Source: Minisyncoccia bacterium (lineage in GTDB: Bacteria; Patescibacteriota; Minisyncoccia; Phycocordibacterales; UBA5272). Taken from it: a stretch of 64,000 nucleotides of DNA. The position numbers were made by a program, and so were the translations under genes. The DNA lies in the NCBI GenBank assembly GCA_038256975.1, contig JBBSJU010000002.1:1064-65063 (forward strand), written 5' to 3'. Below the pieces are notes generated by a model, which saw only the letters and a program-made list of their open reading frames with translations, made no database searches and was not told the origin of the DNA. Each line of letters opens with the position of its first letter. Position 1 is the stretch's first letter. Below are positions 19,701-27,686 of the stretch, piece by piece.

Positions 19701-19954
19701 CGAGTGTCTTCTTTACTATCTTTATCAAACCGAGTTCGAGTAGCAACAAATGCATCAAGTCCGATGATTGGCTTTATACCAGAGTCCTTACACTTTTTAT
19801 AAAACTCAATCGTGCTGTACATGTTGCCATTTTCAGTCAGGGCAAGGGCAGGCATCTCGAATTCTTTGGCACGTTCTACAAGCTCGTCTATTTTTGCAAG
19901 ACCTTCAAGAAGGGAATAATGAGAGTGAGTGTGAAGATGAATAAACGGCTCCAT
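16778..19954 (-). CDS. dnaE: DNA polymerase III alpha subunit
   Basis: 1058 aa; PHP domain HLHTHSHYSLLEG; polymerase core and OB-fold regions. Confidence 0.95.
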   Translation of the reverse strand: MEPFIHLHTHSHYSLLEGLAKIDELVERAKEFEMPALALTENGNMYSTIEFYKKCKDSGIKPIIGLDAFVATRTRFDKDSKEDTRRYRLTLLAKNEVGYKNLIKLVTLSNLEGFYYKPRVDKELLRAHSEGLICLSGGPGGELSKTVIIDKKRAEDVVREHQDIFGKENYFIEIVAQVAYDNAKPIRDGLVVLAKELGVPLVGTQNVYYLNPDDRDAHEVLVGIQNEGRENKYGFGKDDYSFIDTKTANNYFRDIPEAVANTRKVAEMCNLEIELGKWVFPNIDIPEGKTADDELRRIVFEGFARRGVEKTESALTRVEYELSVIKQKGYSPYFLVVADLLAYARSHGILSNIRGSVSGSMVTYLSGITNIDPIEFQIPFERFLNPERPSAPDIDMDFADNRRDEMIDYSRQKYGADKVAQIGTFGTMAARGSVRDVARAMKYEYAVGDKISKLIPMGSQGFPMTIAHALETTPELKELYDQDPDTKAIIDTAKKIEGCARHVSVHAAGVVISPSALTDFTPLQYDTKGEKKIISQYDMYTIEEAGLLKFDFLGLKNLKIIKNAIELIEKRFGVLIDIDKVPLDDIKTFEMLARGETADLFQLNGDGMTKYLIDLKPTSIHDINAMVALYRPGPIQFIPEYIARKHDRSKISYLDPALEPILEKTYGILVYQDDLLMMANKLAGYTWGEVDKFRKAVGKKIPEEMAAQKEKFIKGCVTHSGWSESKAKQIWSWIEPFAAYGFNKAHSVSYGWVAYITAYLKANYAAEYMASVLSAEAGDTEKVAESIDDCKKLGIDVLPPSVNFSEGSFTVVPNKETRKDEIRFGLYSIKNFGEDIANGIINERKANGPFVSLSSFLQRVTHKNVNKKSIEALVMSGALDDLGDRGILYGNVENILEYHRNHMQSNASQESLFVMHDDFHDIRLKEVPLISNDQKLQWEKELLGLFISGHPLDKWKHVFEKKKENFAKLKGDEWQDGETVRDLGCIIQEVREIDTKKGEKMCFLKLADLSGTTEAVVFPRTYKELKSILVPDTCLSIKAKVSLRNDEKSLILEEARKI

Positions 19955-19984
19955 TTCTCCCAGTATACCTGGTAGAGTGTAAGA

Positions 19985-20605
19985 GTGAAAAATAGTCGTA
20001 AAAAAAGCTTATACACCCTTGGAATTGATGAGGTGGGGCGTGGTCCACTTGCGGGCCCTGTGTCTGTTGGAGTGGTTCGCACAGCTCTTCCGCGTAAACA
20101 ATACTCCAAGTTACTTTCAGGTATTCGTGATTCGAAAAAGGCAACTCAAGCTGAAAGAGAGAAGTGGTATGAAAAGGCAGTGATCTGGAAAAAAGAAAAA
20201 AAGATTGATTGGGAGGTGACTTTTAAAAGTGCACACTACATAGATACAAAAGGAATTGTTCCAAGTATTCGTGTCTGTATGTATGAAGGAATAAAAAAAG
20301 TCAAAGGAGTTTATAGTGAGCAGTACCTTTTAGACGGCGGACTTAAACTCAAACCTGAATACAGGATGCAAAAAACTATTATTAAGGGTGACAGTAAAGA
20401 GCCGCTTATTGCGCTTGCTGCGACTATTGCGAAAGTTGTGCGAGATAGATATATGATACGTTTGGCAAAAAAATATCCGAAGTATGGTTTTGAAGTGCAT
20501 AAAGGGTATGGAACTAAAAAGCACAGGGAGGCAATATATAGGTTTGGAATTTCTCAAGTACACAGAAAGTCTTTTTGCAAAAACATACAGAAGCAGGTAG
20601 ATTAA
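19985..20605 (+). CDS. rnhB: ribonuclease HII
   Basis: LGIDEVGRGPLAGPVSVGVV active-site motif. Confidence 0.9.
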   Translation: MKNSRKKSLYTLGIDEVGRGPLAGPVSVGVVRTALPRKQYSKLLSGIRDSKKATQAEREKWYEKAVIWKKEKKIDWEVTFKSAHYIDTKGIVPSIRVCMYEGIKKVKGVYSEQYLLDGGLKLKPEYRMQKTIIKGDSKEPLIALAATIAKVVRDRYMIRLAKKYPKYGFEVHKGYGTKKHREAIYRFGISQVHRKSFCKNIQKQVD

Positions 20606-20630
20606 AGGTACTTTCTTGAAGGGGTTGGAA

Positions 20631-20948
20631 ATGAATGGTAAGGATTATAAATTGGAGTCTGCTCAAACAAGAGAGCTCCTGTTGCAATTGTTTCGTGAGT
20701 CACAGAGTTTCTCTTGCACCAAAAAAGAGGCTCGGTGGCTTAGAGAAGTTCTTTTGGATTCAATAATTTGGCTGCAAGGGTTTACAGGGCTGACTGTCTG
20801 CGAACCTGAATTGATCAAAGTTCTAGTGAAAAGTGTTAGAAATAAATACAAAGAGCAGGACAAGTGTCACGACGTCTTACGGCATTATATTCATCGCCTC
20901 GAGGTGATCATTCAGATGAACAATGAGGCTTCGAAGGCAAAAAGATAA
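20631..20948 (+). CDS. hypothetical protein
   Basis: ORF in frame from 20616; start uncertain. Confidence 0.3.
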   Translation: MNGKDYKLESAQTRELLLQLFRESQSFSCTKKEARWLREVLLDSIIWLQGFTGLTVCEPELIKVLVKSVRNKYKEQDKCHDVLRHYIHRLEVIIQMNNEASKAKR

Positions 20949-21014
20949 GCTCCCGATGCGACAAGCAAGGGAGCCCTTTTTTATTTTGGTATTCTGTTGT
21001 ATACTGTTTCCCAT

Positions 21015-21236
21015 ATGGTAGTACGAATGCGACATACGCGGGGACACACACGAAATCGTCGAAGTCATCACGCGCTTACAAATATTCCTGTAGTGAAAAC
21101 AAAAGGAGATGGTATCCGATTGAACCACACTGCGTCAAAGGAAACAGGAACCTACAAGGGTAAACCTGTAAAAGCGCTTCAGAGAAAACTCGACAAGAAG
21201 ATCGCGAAAAAAGCTCCTGCAAAGAAGCGGAAGTAA
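21015..21236 (+). CDS. rpmF: 50S ribosomal protein L32 with Lys-rich C-terminal tail
   Basis: RRSHHALT motif typical of bL32; start could also be 20997 or 21024. Confidence 0.7.
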   Translation: MVVRMRHTRGHTRNRRSHHALTNIPVVKTKGDGIRLNHTASKETGTYKGKPVKALQRKLDKKIAKKAPAKKRK

Positions 21237-21295
21237 GTCACACAAAACGCTCATGTATTTGAGCGTTTTGCATTAAAAAAATAATTTGTTCTTTT

Positions 21296-22222
21296 ATGTC
21301 TAATCGTCACATTGCACGCTCGGTTGTAGTCCAAACCCTCTTTGAAGGGGATATGCACGGATGGATATTGTCTCCGGCTGAGCACAAAGAAGATTTCGAG
21401 CGCTCGCTTGAAAGAAATACTGTAGAGTTTGCGCTCGGAGCAAAACTTAAAGATTTTTCGTCTGACTTACTTACGCTTACGCTCGCAAAACGAGGAACGC
21501 TTGATGAGATAATTACCAAAGCTGCTCCTGAGTGGCCACTTGAAAAAATCGCAAATGTAGATCGTAACGTCCTTCGCCTTGGGCTTGCGGAGCTTTTGTA
21601 TGGTGACAGAACACAGGTGCCGCCAAAAGTTGCTATTGATGAAGCGATCGAGCTTGCTAAGAATTTTGGAGGAGATACCAGTGGAAAATTTGTAAACGGA
21701 GTGCTTGGGGCAATTTACAAAGAAATGGGTGAGCCGGGGAAGCACGAACAAAGAAAAGATAAAGAAGTTGTTCATAAAAAAGAAGAAGATATTTCCTTGC
21801 TTCCAGTGGAACGTTTGGGTGGAGCAGTCGTGTATGCAAAAAATGCCGACGGTGCCATTTATTTTGCTCTTGTGCACGACATATTTGGGAAGTGGACTCT
21901 TTCCAAAGGTCATTTAGACAATACACTTGATGTTGTTGACGCAACGATTACTCGGGTACGCGAAGAGCTGGGACTTCCCATCGTGATTGAAGAGAAAATT
22001 GGTGAAAATGAGTATGTGGCTGTTAATCTAGAAAAGAAACGAGTACGAAAGCAAGTTACATACTACATTGCTCAAGCCCCATTTCAAGAAATTCAGTTTA
22101 CAAGCGAAGGAGGGCTTGATGATGCGAAGTGGTTTCCTGTCCAAGAAATCAGTGAACTTCCTTTGTATTCTGACCTTGTGCCGATACTTTCTAAAGCGGT
22201 ACAAGTTATCCTTAAAAAATAG
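21296..22222 (+). CDS. nusB: NusB-domain protein fused to a C-terminal NUDIX-like domain
   Basis: N-terminal NusB-like region ([19 protein letters not shown]...); C-terminal [23 protein letters not shown] resembles a Nudix box. Confidence 0.65.
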   Translation: MSNRHIARSVVVQTLFEGDMHGWILSPAEHKEDFERSLERNTVEFALGAKLKDFSSDLLTLTLAKRGTLDEIITKAAPEWPLEKIANVDRNVLRLGLAELLYGDRTQVPPKVAIDEAIELAKNFGGDTSGKFVNGVLGAIYKEMGEPGKHEQRKDKEVVHKKEEDISLLPVERLGGAVVYAKNADGAIYFALVHDIFGKWTLSKGHLDNTLDVVDATITRVREELGLPIVIEEKIGENEYVAVNLEKKRVRKQVTYYIAQAPFQEIQFTSEGGLDDAKWFPVQEISELPLYSDLVPILSKAVQVILKK

Positions 22223-22271
22223 TTTACTATTTGCATAAATAGTCATTCTAGGGTACGAATAGAGCATATTT

Positions 22272-22970
22272 ATGATAGATCTCAGTCAATTTGAGAAAAA
22301 AGTAAACGTAACATTTAAAGATAAAAACTTGCTTAAGCAGGCGTTTATTCATCGTTCGTATATTAATGAAAATCCACGCACGGGATTTTCACACAACGAA
22401 CGTCTGGAATTTTTAGGTGACGCAGTCCTTGAGCTTATTGTGACAGACTTTCTTTTTAGAAAATATCCTAATAAACAAGAAGGAGATCTTACTTCGTACC
22501 GTGCCGCCCTTGTGAATGCTCAAATTATGGGGAGTATTGCGATGAATGATCTTGGAATGAATGAGTTTATGATGCTTTCGAAAGGGGAGGCAAAAGATGT
22601 TGGACGAGCACGTTTTTCTATTTTAGCCGACGCATACGAGGCTTTTTTAGGAGCACTCTATCTCGATCAAGGTTATGCTGCTTGTGATACGTTTGTCCAA
22701 AACACCATTTTAATTAAAACAGAAGAGGTAATGAAGAAGGGTTTGTGGAAGGATCCGAAAAGTTTAGTGCAAGAAAAAGCTCAAGAACATCTTGGAGTTA
22801 CACCACTGTATAAAGTGCAGCAAGAGCTTGGTCCAGATCACGATAAACGTTTCGTTGTGGCAGTATATTTTGGAGCAGAACTCATTGCCGAAGGTGAGGG
22901 GAAGTCCAAACAAGAAGCGGAGCAGCAAGCAGCAGAAGGTGCGCTCAAGGCGAAAAATTGGGTTAAATAG
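22272..22970 (+). CDS. rnc: ribonuclease III
   Basis: ERLEFLGDAVL signature plus C-terminal dsRBD. Confidence 0.9.
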   Translation: MIDLSQFEKKVNVTFKDKNLLKQAFIHRSYINENPRTGFSHNERLEFLGDAVLELIVTDFLFRKYPNKQEGDLTSYRAALVNAQIMGSIAMNDLGMNEFMMLSKGEAKDVGRARFSILADAYEAFLGALYLDQGYAACDTFVQNTILIKTEEVMKKGLWKDPKSLVQEKAQEHLGVTPLYKVQQELGPDHDKRFVVAVYFGAELIAEGEGKSKQEAEQQAAEGALKAKNWVK

Positions 22971-23007
22971 GTTTGATAAATGGCCTTTTTGTGATATGCT
23001 CGCATGT

Positions 23008-23081
23008 AGCGGGATAGAGCAGAGGTAGCTCGTCAGGCTCATAACCTGAAGGCGTCCGTTCGATTCGGACTCCCGCTACCA
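23008..23081 (+). tRNA. tRNA-Met (anticodon CAU; D-loop and anticodon stem resemble initiator type), CCA encoded
   Basis: AGCGGGATAGAGCAGAGGTAGCTCGTCAGGCTCATAACCTGAAGGCGTCCGTTCGATTCGGACTCCCGCTACCA. Confidence 0.8.
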
Positions 23082-23122
23082 AGTCACCCATATAAGTGAA
23101 TTCCCGATATGAAGTGACACAT

Positions 23123-23199
23123 GTCGATATAGCTCAGGTGGTTAGAGCGGAGGACTCATAAGCCTCAGGTCGGTGGTTCGAATCCACCTATCGACACCA
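23123..23199 (+). tRNA. tRNA with CAU anticodon (elongator Met, or Ile2 if lysidine-modified), CCA encoded
   Basis: GTCGATATAGCTCAGGTGGTTAGAGCGGAGGACTCATAAGCCTCAGGTCGGTGGTTCGAATCCACCTATCGACACCA. Confidence 0.8.
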
Positions 23200-23266
23200 T
23201 AACGTACAGTTTTTTAAACCAAAATTGTATGTTATAAATGACGTACCCCACGCAGAAGATGGTTAT

Positions 23267-23340
23267 GCAGTCGTAGCTCAACTGGTTAGAGCGCTGCCCT
23301 GTCACGGCAGAGGTTGAGGGTTCAAGTCCCTTCGACTGCG
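23267..23340 (+). tRNA. tRNA-Asp (anticodon GUC)
   Basis: GCAGTCGTAGCTCAACTGGTTAGAGCGCTGCCCTGTCACGGCAGAGGTTGAGGGTTCAAGTCCCTTCGACTGCG; loop CTGTCAC. Confidence 0.8.
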
Positions 23341-23345
23341 CATAA

Positions 23346-23383
23346 ACAAAAAATACTCAATCTAAGATTGAGTATTTTTTGTT
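23346..23383 (+). terminator. rho-independent terminator after the rnc-tRNA cluster
   Basis: AATACTCAATCtaaGATTGAGTATTTTTTG. Confidence 0.7.
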
Positions 23384-23421
23384 TACTTGTGACCAAACCT
23401 TTTTTGTTTGTATGTAAAAAA

Positions 23422-23450
23422 TTGACAATATAGAAATGTGTTGCTAGCAT
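23422..23450 (+). promoter_or_regulatory. sigma70-like promoter
   Basis: TTGACA, 17 nt, TAGCAT. Confidence 0.4.
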
Positions 23451-23497
23451 CCAGTTATGTGGAGCGCAGTGCTTCGCAAAACCCTGAGGAGGGTCTC

Positions 23498-23836
23498 ATG
23501 TCGGACGCAACGATTGATGCAAAGATTCAACAACTCAAGGCGATTGACAGTCAGGTGATAGGGCTGGCAGCTCAAAGGAGACAGCTTGTTGTCGAGCTGG
23601 AGCAAGCTCGAAACACAATCAGTGAGCTACTCGGACAAGAAGAAAAAGGTGAATCCATCGATGTGCTTGAGTTAACGGCACGCGTAGCCAACTCTTTGAA
23701 GGCTAATGGAATTTACTATTTAACAGATTTGTGTAGCTATTCTGAGCAAGAATTGCTCCGCATGCCATATCTGGGTAAAATTTCCTGCCTGCAAATAAAG
23801 GAAGCCTTGGCTACTCGAGGGCTTTCACTCAAATAA
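23498..23836 (+). CDS. stand-alone RNA polymerase alpha-subunit C-terminal domain (alpha-CTD)-like protein with N-terminal coiled coil
   Basis: GAGGAGG SD then ATG; C-terminal IDVLELTARVANSLKANGIYYLTDLCSYSEQELLRMPYLGKISCLQIKEALATRGLSL parallels the RpoA alpha-CTD HhH ([21 protein letters not shown]...[20 protein letters not shown]). Confidence 0.55.
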   Translation: MSDATIDAKIQQLKAIDSQVIGLAAQRRQLVVELEQARNTISELLGQEEKGESIDVLELTARVANSLKANGIYYLTDLCSYSEQELLRMPYLGKISCLQIKEALATRGLSLK

Positions 23837-23862
23837 ATATACTGCTCATTGGTTTAATTCGA

Positions 23863-23896
23863 AAAGCTGCTCGGTGAAAACCAGCAGCTTTTTTGT
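23863..23896 (+). terminator. rho-independent terminator
   Basis: AGCTGCTcggtgaaaaccAGCAGCTTTTTT. Confidence 0.65.
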
Positions 23897-23997
23897 TTAC
23901 TAGGAGAGAACAATCGTATTGATGGTAGACAAAATCAGGTGTACCATTTTGGATAGAGGTTAGGAAAATGTTCTTAACCAAGGCCTGGGAGGGTCTC

Positions 23998-24510
23998 ATG
24001 AAATCGCTCATTTTTTTGTGGCTAGCCATGTTCAGTGTTGCTACTCTCGCGGCAGACGTTGATATTCAAAAGCCGATGACGACTCTTGAACAAAAAACTG
24101 TTGCAAAACAGATGAATTTCCCTGACTCAAATCAAGCGAAAGTCGAAGTGTTCCAACTTGGGCACACATCGTCTACTTTGGAACTTATGTTTTCAGGTGG
24201 CCTTCGGCTTGAAATTGAGGATATCGAACCAGCGACGACTCTTGATGAAGTCGCGCAACACAGAGAGTTAGATCGAGTGCGGTTGTATGGGGTCACCTGG
24301 CAACCTGCAAGTCATCTGATTGGTATCGGTATTGAGACGGAGGTTATCAATCAAGGTGACCGCAAACTTTTGAAGACCAGACCATCTCTACGTCTCTCAA
24401 AAAGATTTGAGCGTGATGGTTGGCAAGGATCCTTTTTCTTCAAGCCTCTCTGGGATCATGAGGAGAGTAATCCTTTGGGTTTCAAGGCAGGTATCAGGAT
24501 TGATTTCTGA
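23998..24510 (+). CDS. secreted hypothetical protein (signal peptide)
   Basis: MKSLIFLWLAMFSVATLAADV signal peptide; same GGGAGGGTCTCATG initiation context as the preceding gene. Confidence 0.45.
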   Translation: MKSLIFLWLAMFSVATLAADVDIQKPMTTLEQKTVAKQMNFPDSNQAKVEVFQLGHTSSTLELMFSGGLRLEIEDIEPATTLDEVAQHRELDRVRLYGVTWQPASHLIGIGIETEVINQGDRKLLKTRPSLRLSKRFERDGWQGSFFFKPLWDHEESNPLGFKAGIRIDF

Positions 24511-24567
24511 ATTCTTCCCATGGGGCCCTCTTCATACGTGTCGCGGTTCGTTGAAAGACGGCCGCGA

Positions 24568-25965
24568 TTATTTTTTTGATATCTCGTATCGGTCGCCAGT
24601 GTCTTTGATAGTAAATCCTCCTAATTCAATTTCTCCCCGTAAACGGTCTGATTCGGCCCAATCTTTATTTACTCGAGCAAGAAGGCGAGTTTCAGCGAGT
24701 GCGATAATTTCTTCAGGAATAACGTCTTTTTTCTGCAGCGAAAAATTAAGCCCAAGAATTTTGTCTAATTCGTCGAGAGTTGCTTTCTTGTTTTCGTTAG
24801 TATCTCCAGATTTTACGTATTCCCAAACATGGGCAATAACTTGAGCGGTGTTTAAGTCATCATTTATAGATTCCTTACTTTTTTCAATTACCGCAGAGTT
24901 TATTTCACCAGAGATATCACCAAATGAAAGATATGCGTCATATAAGCGGTTAAGAGCTGTCTGTGCTGCTTCTAGGGCTTCAAAAGAGAAGTCAGTCATG
25001 CTTCGGTAGTGTGACGTAAGAAGCCAGTAGCGGTAGGCAAGCGGAGAAATACCTCGGTCAATGAGTGTTTGAAGACGAATAAAATTATCTCCAGATTTTG
25101 CCATCTTTCCGTCTTTGATATTTAAAAAACCTCCATGCATCCAATAGTGTACGTACTCATGTCCTGAAGCGCATTCTGATTGGGCAATTTCATTTGTATG
25201 GTGTACGGGAATATGGTCGATACCTCCTGTATGAATATCAAACGGCGTGCCAAGAAGCTTCTCACTCATTGCAGAGCACTCAATATGCCAGCCGGGGAAT
25301 CCGATACCCCACGGAGATTCCCATTCCATGTCGCGTTTTTCGTTTGTGGGAGAAAATTTCCACAGCGCAAAGTCTGTCGCGTTTTTTTTCTCGTCATTTA
25401 CTTCCACTCGAGCACCCTCTTCCATTCCTTTCACATCAAGTTTTGCGAAATCTGCATAATGTTCAAACTTGCTCGTATTAAAATAAATACCGTCAGATGT
25501 TTTGTAGGTGTATCCTTTTTGTTCGAGAGTCTGTACTAATACTATCTGTTCCTGAATGTATTCTGTTGCACGAGGAAAATGTGTGCCTTGGGTGTTTATG
25601 TTTAGTAAAGAAAGGTCTTCTTTAAATGCCGCTTCATAAAACTTAGCAATATCCCAGGCTGTTTTACCTTCACGCTTCGCGCCTTTTTGCATTTTATCCT
25701 CGCCATCATCGGCGTCACTCACAAGATGCCCAACATCAGTGATGTTTATCACTTGCTTAACTGTGTAGCTGTTCCATTCAAATGTTCGGCGAAGCGTATC
25801 TGCAAAAACGTATGCTCGCAAGTTTCCGATGTGTGCGAAATTGTACACGGTAGGTCCACAATGATACATACGTACCTCACCACTATGAATGGGGGAAAAG
25901 GTTTCTTTTGTGCGAGTTTTTGTATTATACAAACAGATATTCATACGGATAGCTTTTATAGCCAC
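24568..25965 (-). CDS. cysS: cysteinyl-tRNA synthetase
   Basis: HIGH motif (HCGPTVYNFAHIGN) and KMSKS-like KMAKS. Confidence 0.9.
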   Translation of the reverse strand: MAIKAIRMNICLYNTKTRTKETFSPIHSGEVRMYHCGPTVYNFAHIGNLRAYVFADTLRRTFEWNSYTVKQVINITDVGHLVSDADDGEDKMQKGAKREGKTAWDIAKFYEAAFKEDLSLLNINTQGTHFPRATEYIQEQIVLVQTLEQKGYTYKTSDGIYFNTSKFEHYADFAKLDVKGMEEGARVEVNDEKKNATDFALWKFSPTNEKRDMEWESPWGIGFPGWHIECSAMSEKLLGTPFDIHTGGIDHIPVHHTNEIAQSECASGHEYVHYWMHGGFLNIKDGKMAKSGDNFIRLQTLIDRGISPLAYRYWLLTSHYRSMTDFSFEALEAAQTALNRLYDAYLSFGDISGEINSAVIEKSKESINDDLNTAQVIAHVWEYVKSGDTNENKKATLDELDKILGLNFSLQKKDVIPEEIIALAETRLLARVNKDWAESDRLRGEIELGGFTIKDTGDRYEISKK

Positions 25966-26810
25966 TTCTTTCTTTTAAATCCAATATAAATCATAAAGCT
26001 TACAAAAAAGATAATTGCAAACATGGTAATTTGGTCAACTACAATTTGTGCAACAAATATTTGGGGAATAACAGCAAGAGGAAGTGCTATAAAACTAAGA
26101 AGCGTAAGAACTTTCATGACCTCATTTGTTCGGTACGCAATAAGGGAGTCGTTGGTAGCCTGTAAGCTATGGATAATTTCTTGGTAATGTTCCAGAGCGT
26201 TCCATATTTTTTGGTACTCATTGTTTATGTGTTTCGCATCTGTTCGGAAGAGAACGTTTTCATCGAGTTGATTCCAGATATCTTTGTGAAAACGAAGTGC
26301 GCGTTTGAAGTCTAAGAGTTGGTGATTGATATCAGAGATCTTCTCGACAGTCTTTTTGTGTCGCTCACCAAATATCTTTTGTTCGGTATGTTGGATGATG
26401 CCATCTATATCTTCAAGTTGTTTGCCTATGTTTCTGTACTGACGATACACAACATCAAAGAATAAATCTCGGGCTGTTTTAATTTGTTTAGTGTCTACTG
26501 CATCAGTAGCAACATCGTTTACTGAGCCAATTTTTTCGTAATGAACGGTAATAAGAAATGTTGTACCAATAATGAAGTCTATTTCTTTTTTCTTGCCACC
26601 GTGGACTACACCTTCATAGGTTGGAAATTGAAGGACGACATAGGTGTGGGTATTAAAAAAACGAACCTTAGAGCGTTCGATATATTGCGCGAGTTCATCA
26701 CGAATTGAAGTGTCGAATTTAAATTCACGGTGCAACTCCTCGACTTCTTCCAGACTTGGACTCTGTACGTCAATCCAGGTAAATACTTTTGTTTCAAAGC
26801 GTGTAATCAC
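25956..26810 (-). CDS. CorA-superfamily-like divalent cation transporter (lacks canonical GMN motif)
   Basis: Soluble N-terminal domain plus two C-terminal TM helices; GMN not found (IALPLAVIPQIF instead). Confidence 0.45.
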   Translation of the reverse strand: MITRFETKVFTWIDVQSPSLEEVEELHREFKFDTSIRDELAQYIERSKVRFFNTHTYVVLQFPTYEGVVHGGKKKEIDFIIGTTFLITVHYEKIGSVNDVATDAVDTKQIKTARDLFFDVVYRQYRNIGKQLEDIDGIIQHTEQKIFGERHKKTVEKISDINHQLLDFKRALRFHKDIWNQLDENVLFRTDAKHINNEYQKIWNALEHYQEIIHSLQATNDSLIAYRTNEVMKVLTLLSFIALPLAVIPQIFVAQIVVDQITMFAIIFFVSFMIYIGFKRKKWL

Positions 26811-26905
26811 AAAGCTAATTCTAGCAAGTTTAGTTAATAAAGTATCATTGACATACTGTGTTCTTATGTTATACTGATGTTAAGCAGGTCATTCCGACCT
26901 GAACC

Positions 26906-27589
26906 GTGAGGTGTCTCATGCGCATTGTTCATTTGTTTCTGACCGTTCTTTTCTTTTTGAGCGCGAATGTTGGTGCTCAAGAATTCTCACTCAATACCTC
27001 AGTGAAGTCGCAATACCTCGGCGCCAATGGCGCCATCTTTGAAGATCAGCCCGTGATGCAGACTGAGGTCTCGGTCAGTCACGGAAACTGTTGGGCATCG
27101 GTCTGGCTTTCGACCGCCGGCGATGCCTGGAAGGTTCGTGCGGGTGACGAGCTCGACTACAATGGAGGCTGCAACTGGAAGGTCGGCGACACAACTGTCG
27201 GCCTGCTGGTTGCCTACTACGACCTTGCTATGTCGGGCGGCGCCTCGGATGTGACAATCAGTTTTGAACGCGGCCCGTACTATGGGAAGCTCTCAAGCTT
27301 TGCCACCCACGGGTTGCCGTTTCCAGGCGGTCAGATTGCACGTGTTGGTCGGAAATTCGCCCTAGGAACTTTCCATGATTGGGATCTCGTTGCAAGCACC
27401 GAGGTTGCCTATGATTTTGGTAGCTTTGGTTTCGAGGAGGGGCTTTTCGGGAAGCTATCTTTGTCGGGGTCTTCCTTGCTCGGTGAATCAGCAAAGTTAT
27501 CTCTCGGTGTCGACTTCAGCGACGGGATTACCGTCGGCGATCGACATGGTGAGCTCGCGACGTGGGTTGGGGTCTCAAGGAATTTTTGA
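26906..27589 (+). CDS. secreted beta-strand-rich protein of unknown function in a GC-rich island
   Basis: Signal-peptide-like N-terminus, alternating Gly/aromatic pattern, C-terminal ...VGVSRNF; local GC clearly above the surrounding genes. Confidence 0.4.
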   Translation: MRCLMRIVHLFLTVLFFLSANVGAQEFSLNTSVKSQYLGANGAIFEDQPVMQTEVSVSHGNCWASVWLSTAGDAWKVRAGDELDYNGGCNWKVGDTTVGLLVAYYDLAMSGGASDVTISFERGPYYGKLSSFATHGLPFPGGQIARVGRKFALGTFHDWDLVASTEVAYDFGSFGFEEGLFGKLSLSGSSLLGESAKLSLGVDFSDGITVGDRHGELATWVGVSRNF

Positions 27590-27618
27590 GACATGCCGAA
27601 TCCAGAACCAAGGCAAAT

Positions 27619-27648
27619 AAACCGGAGCGCGCGCTCCGGTTATTTTTA
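27619..27648 (+). terminator. rho-independent terminator
   Basis: ACCGGAGCGCGCGCTCCGGTtattttta. Confidence 0.7.
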
Positions 27649-27686
27649 TGTTTGACCCGTCACTTTAATTCTGGAATACTCTATAC

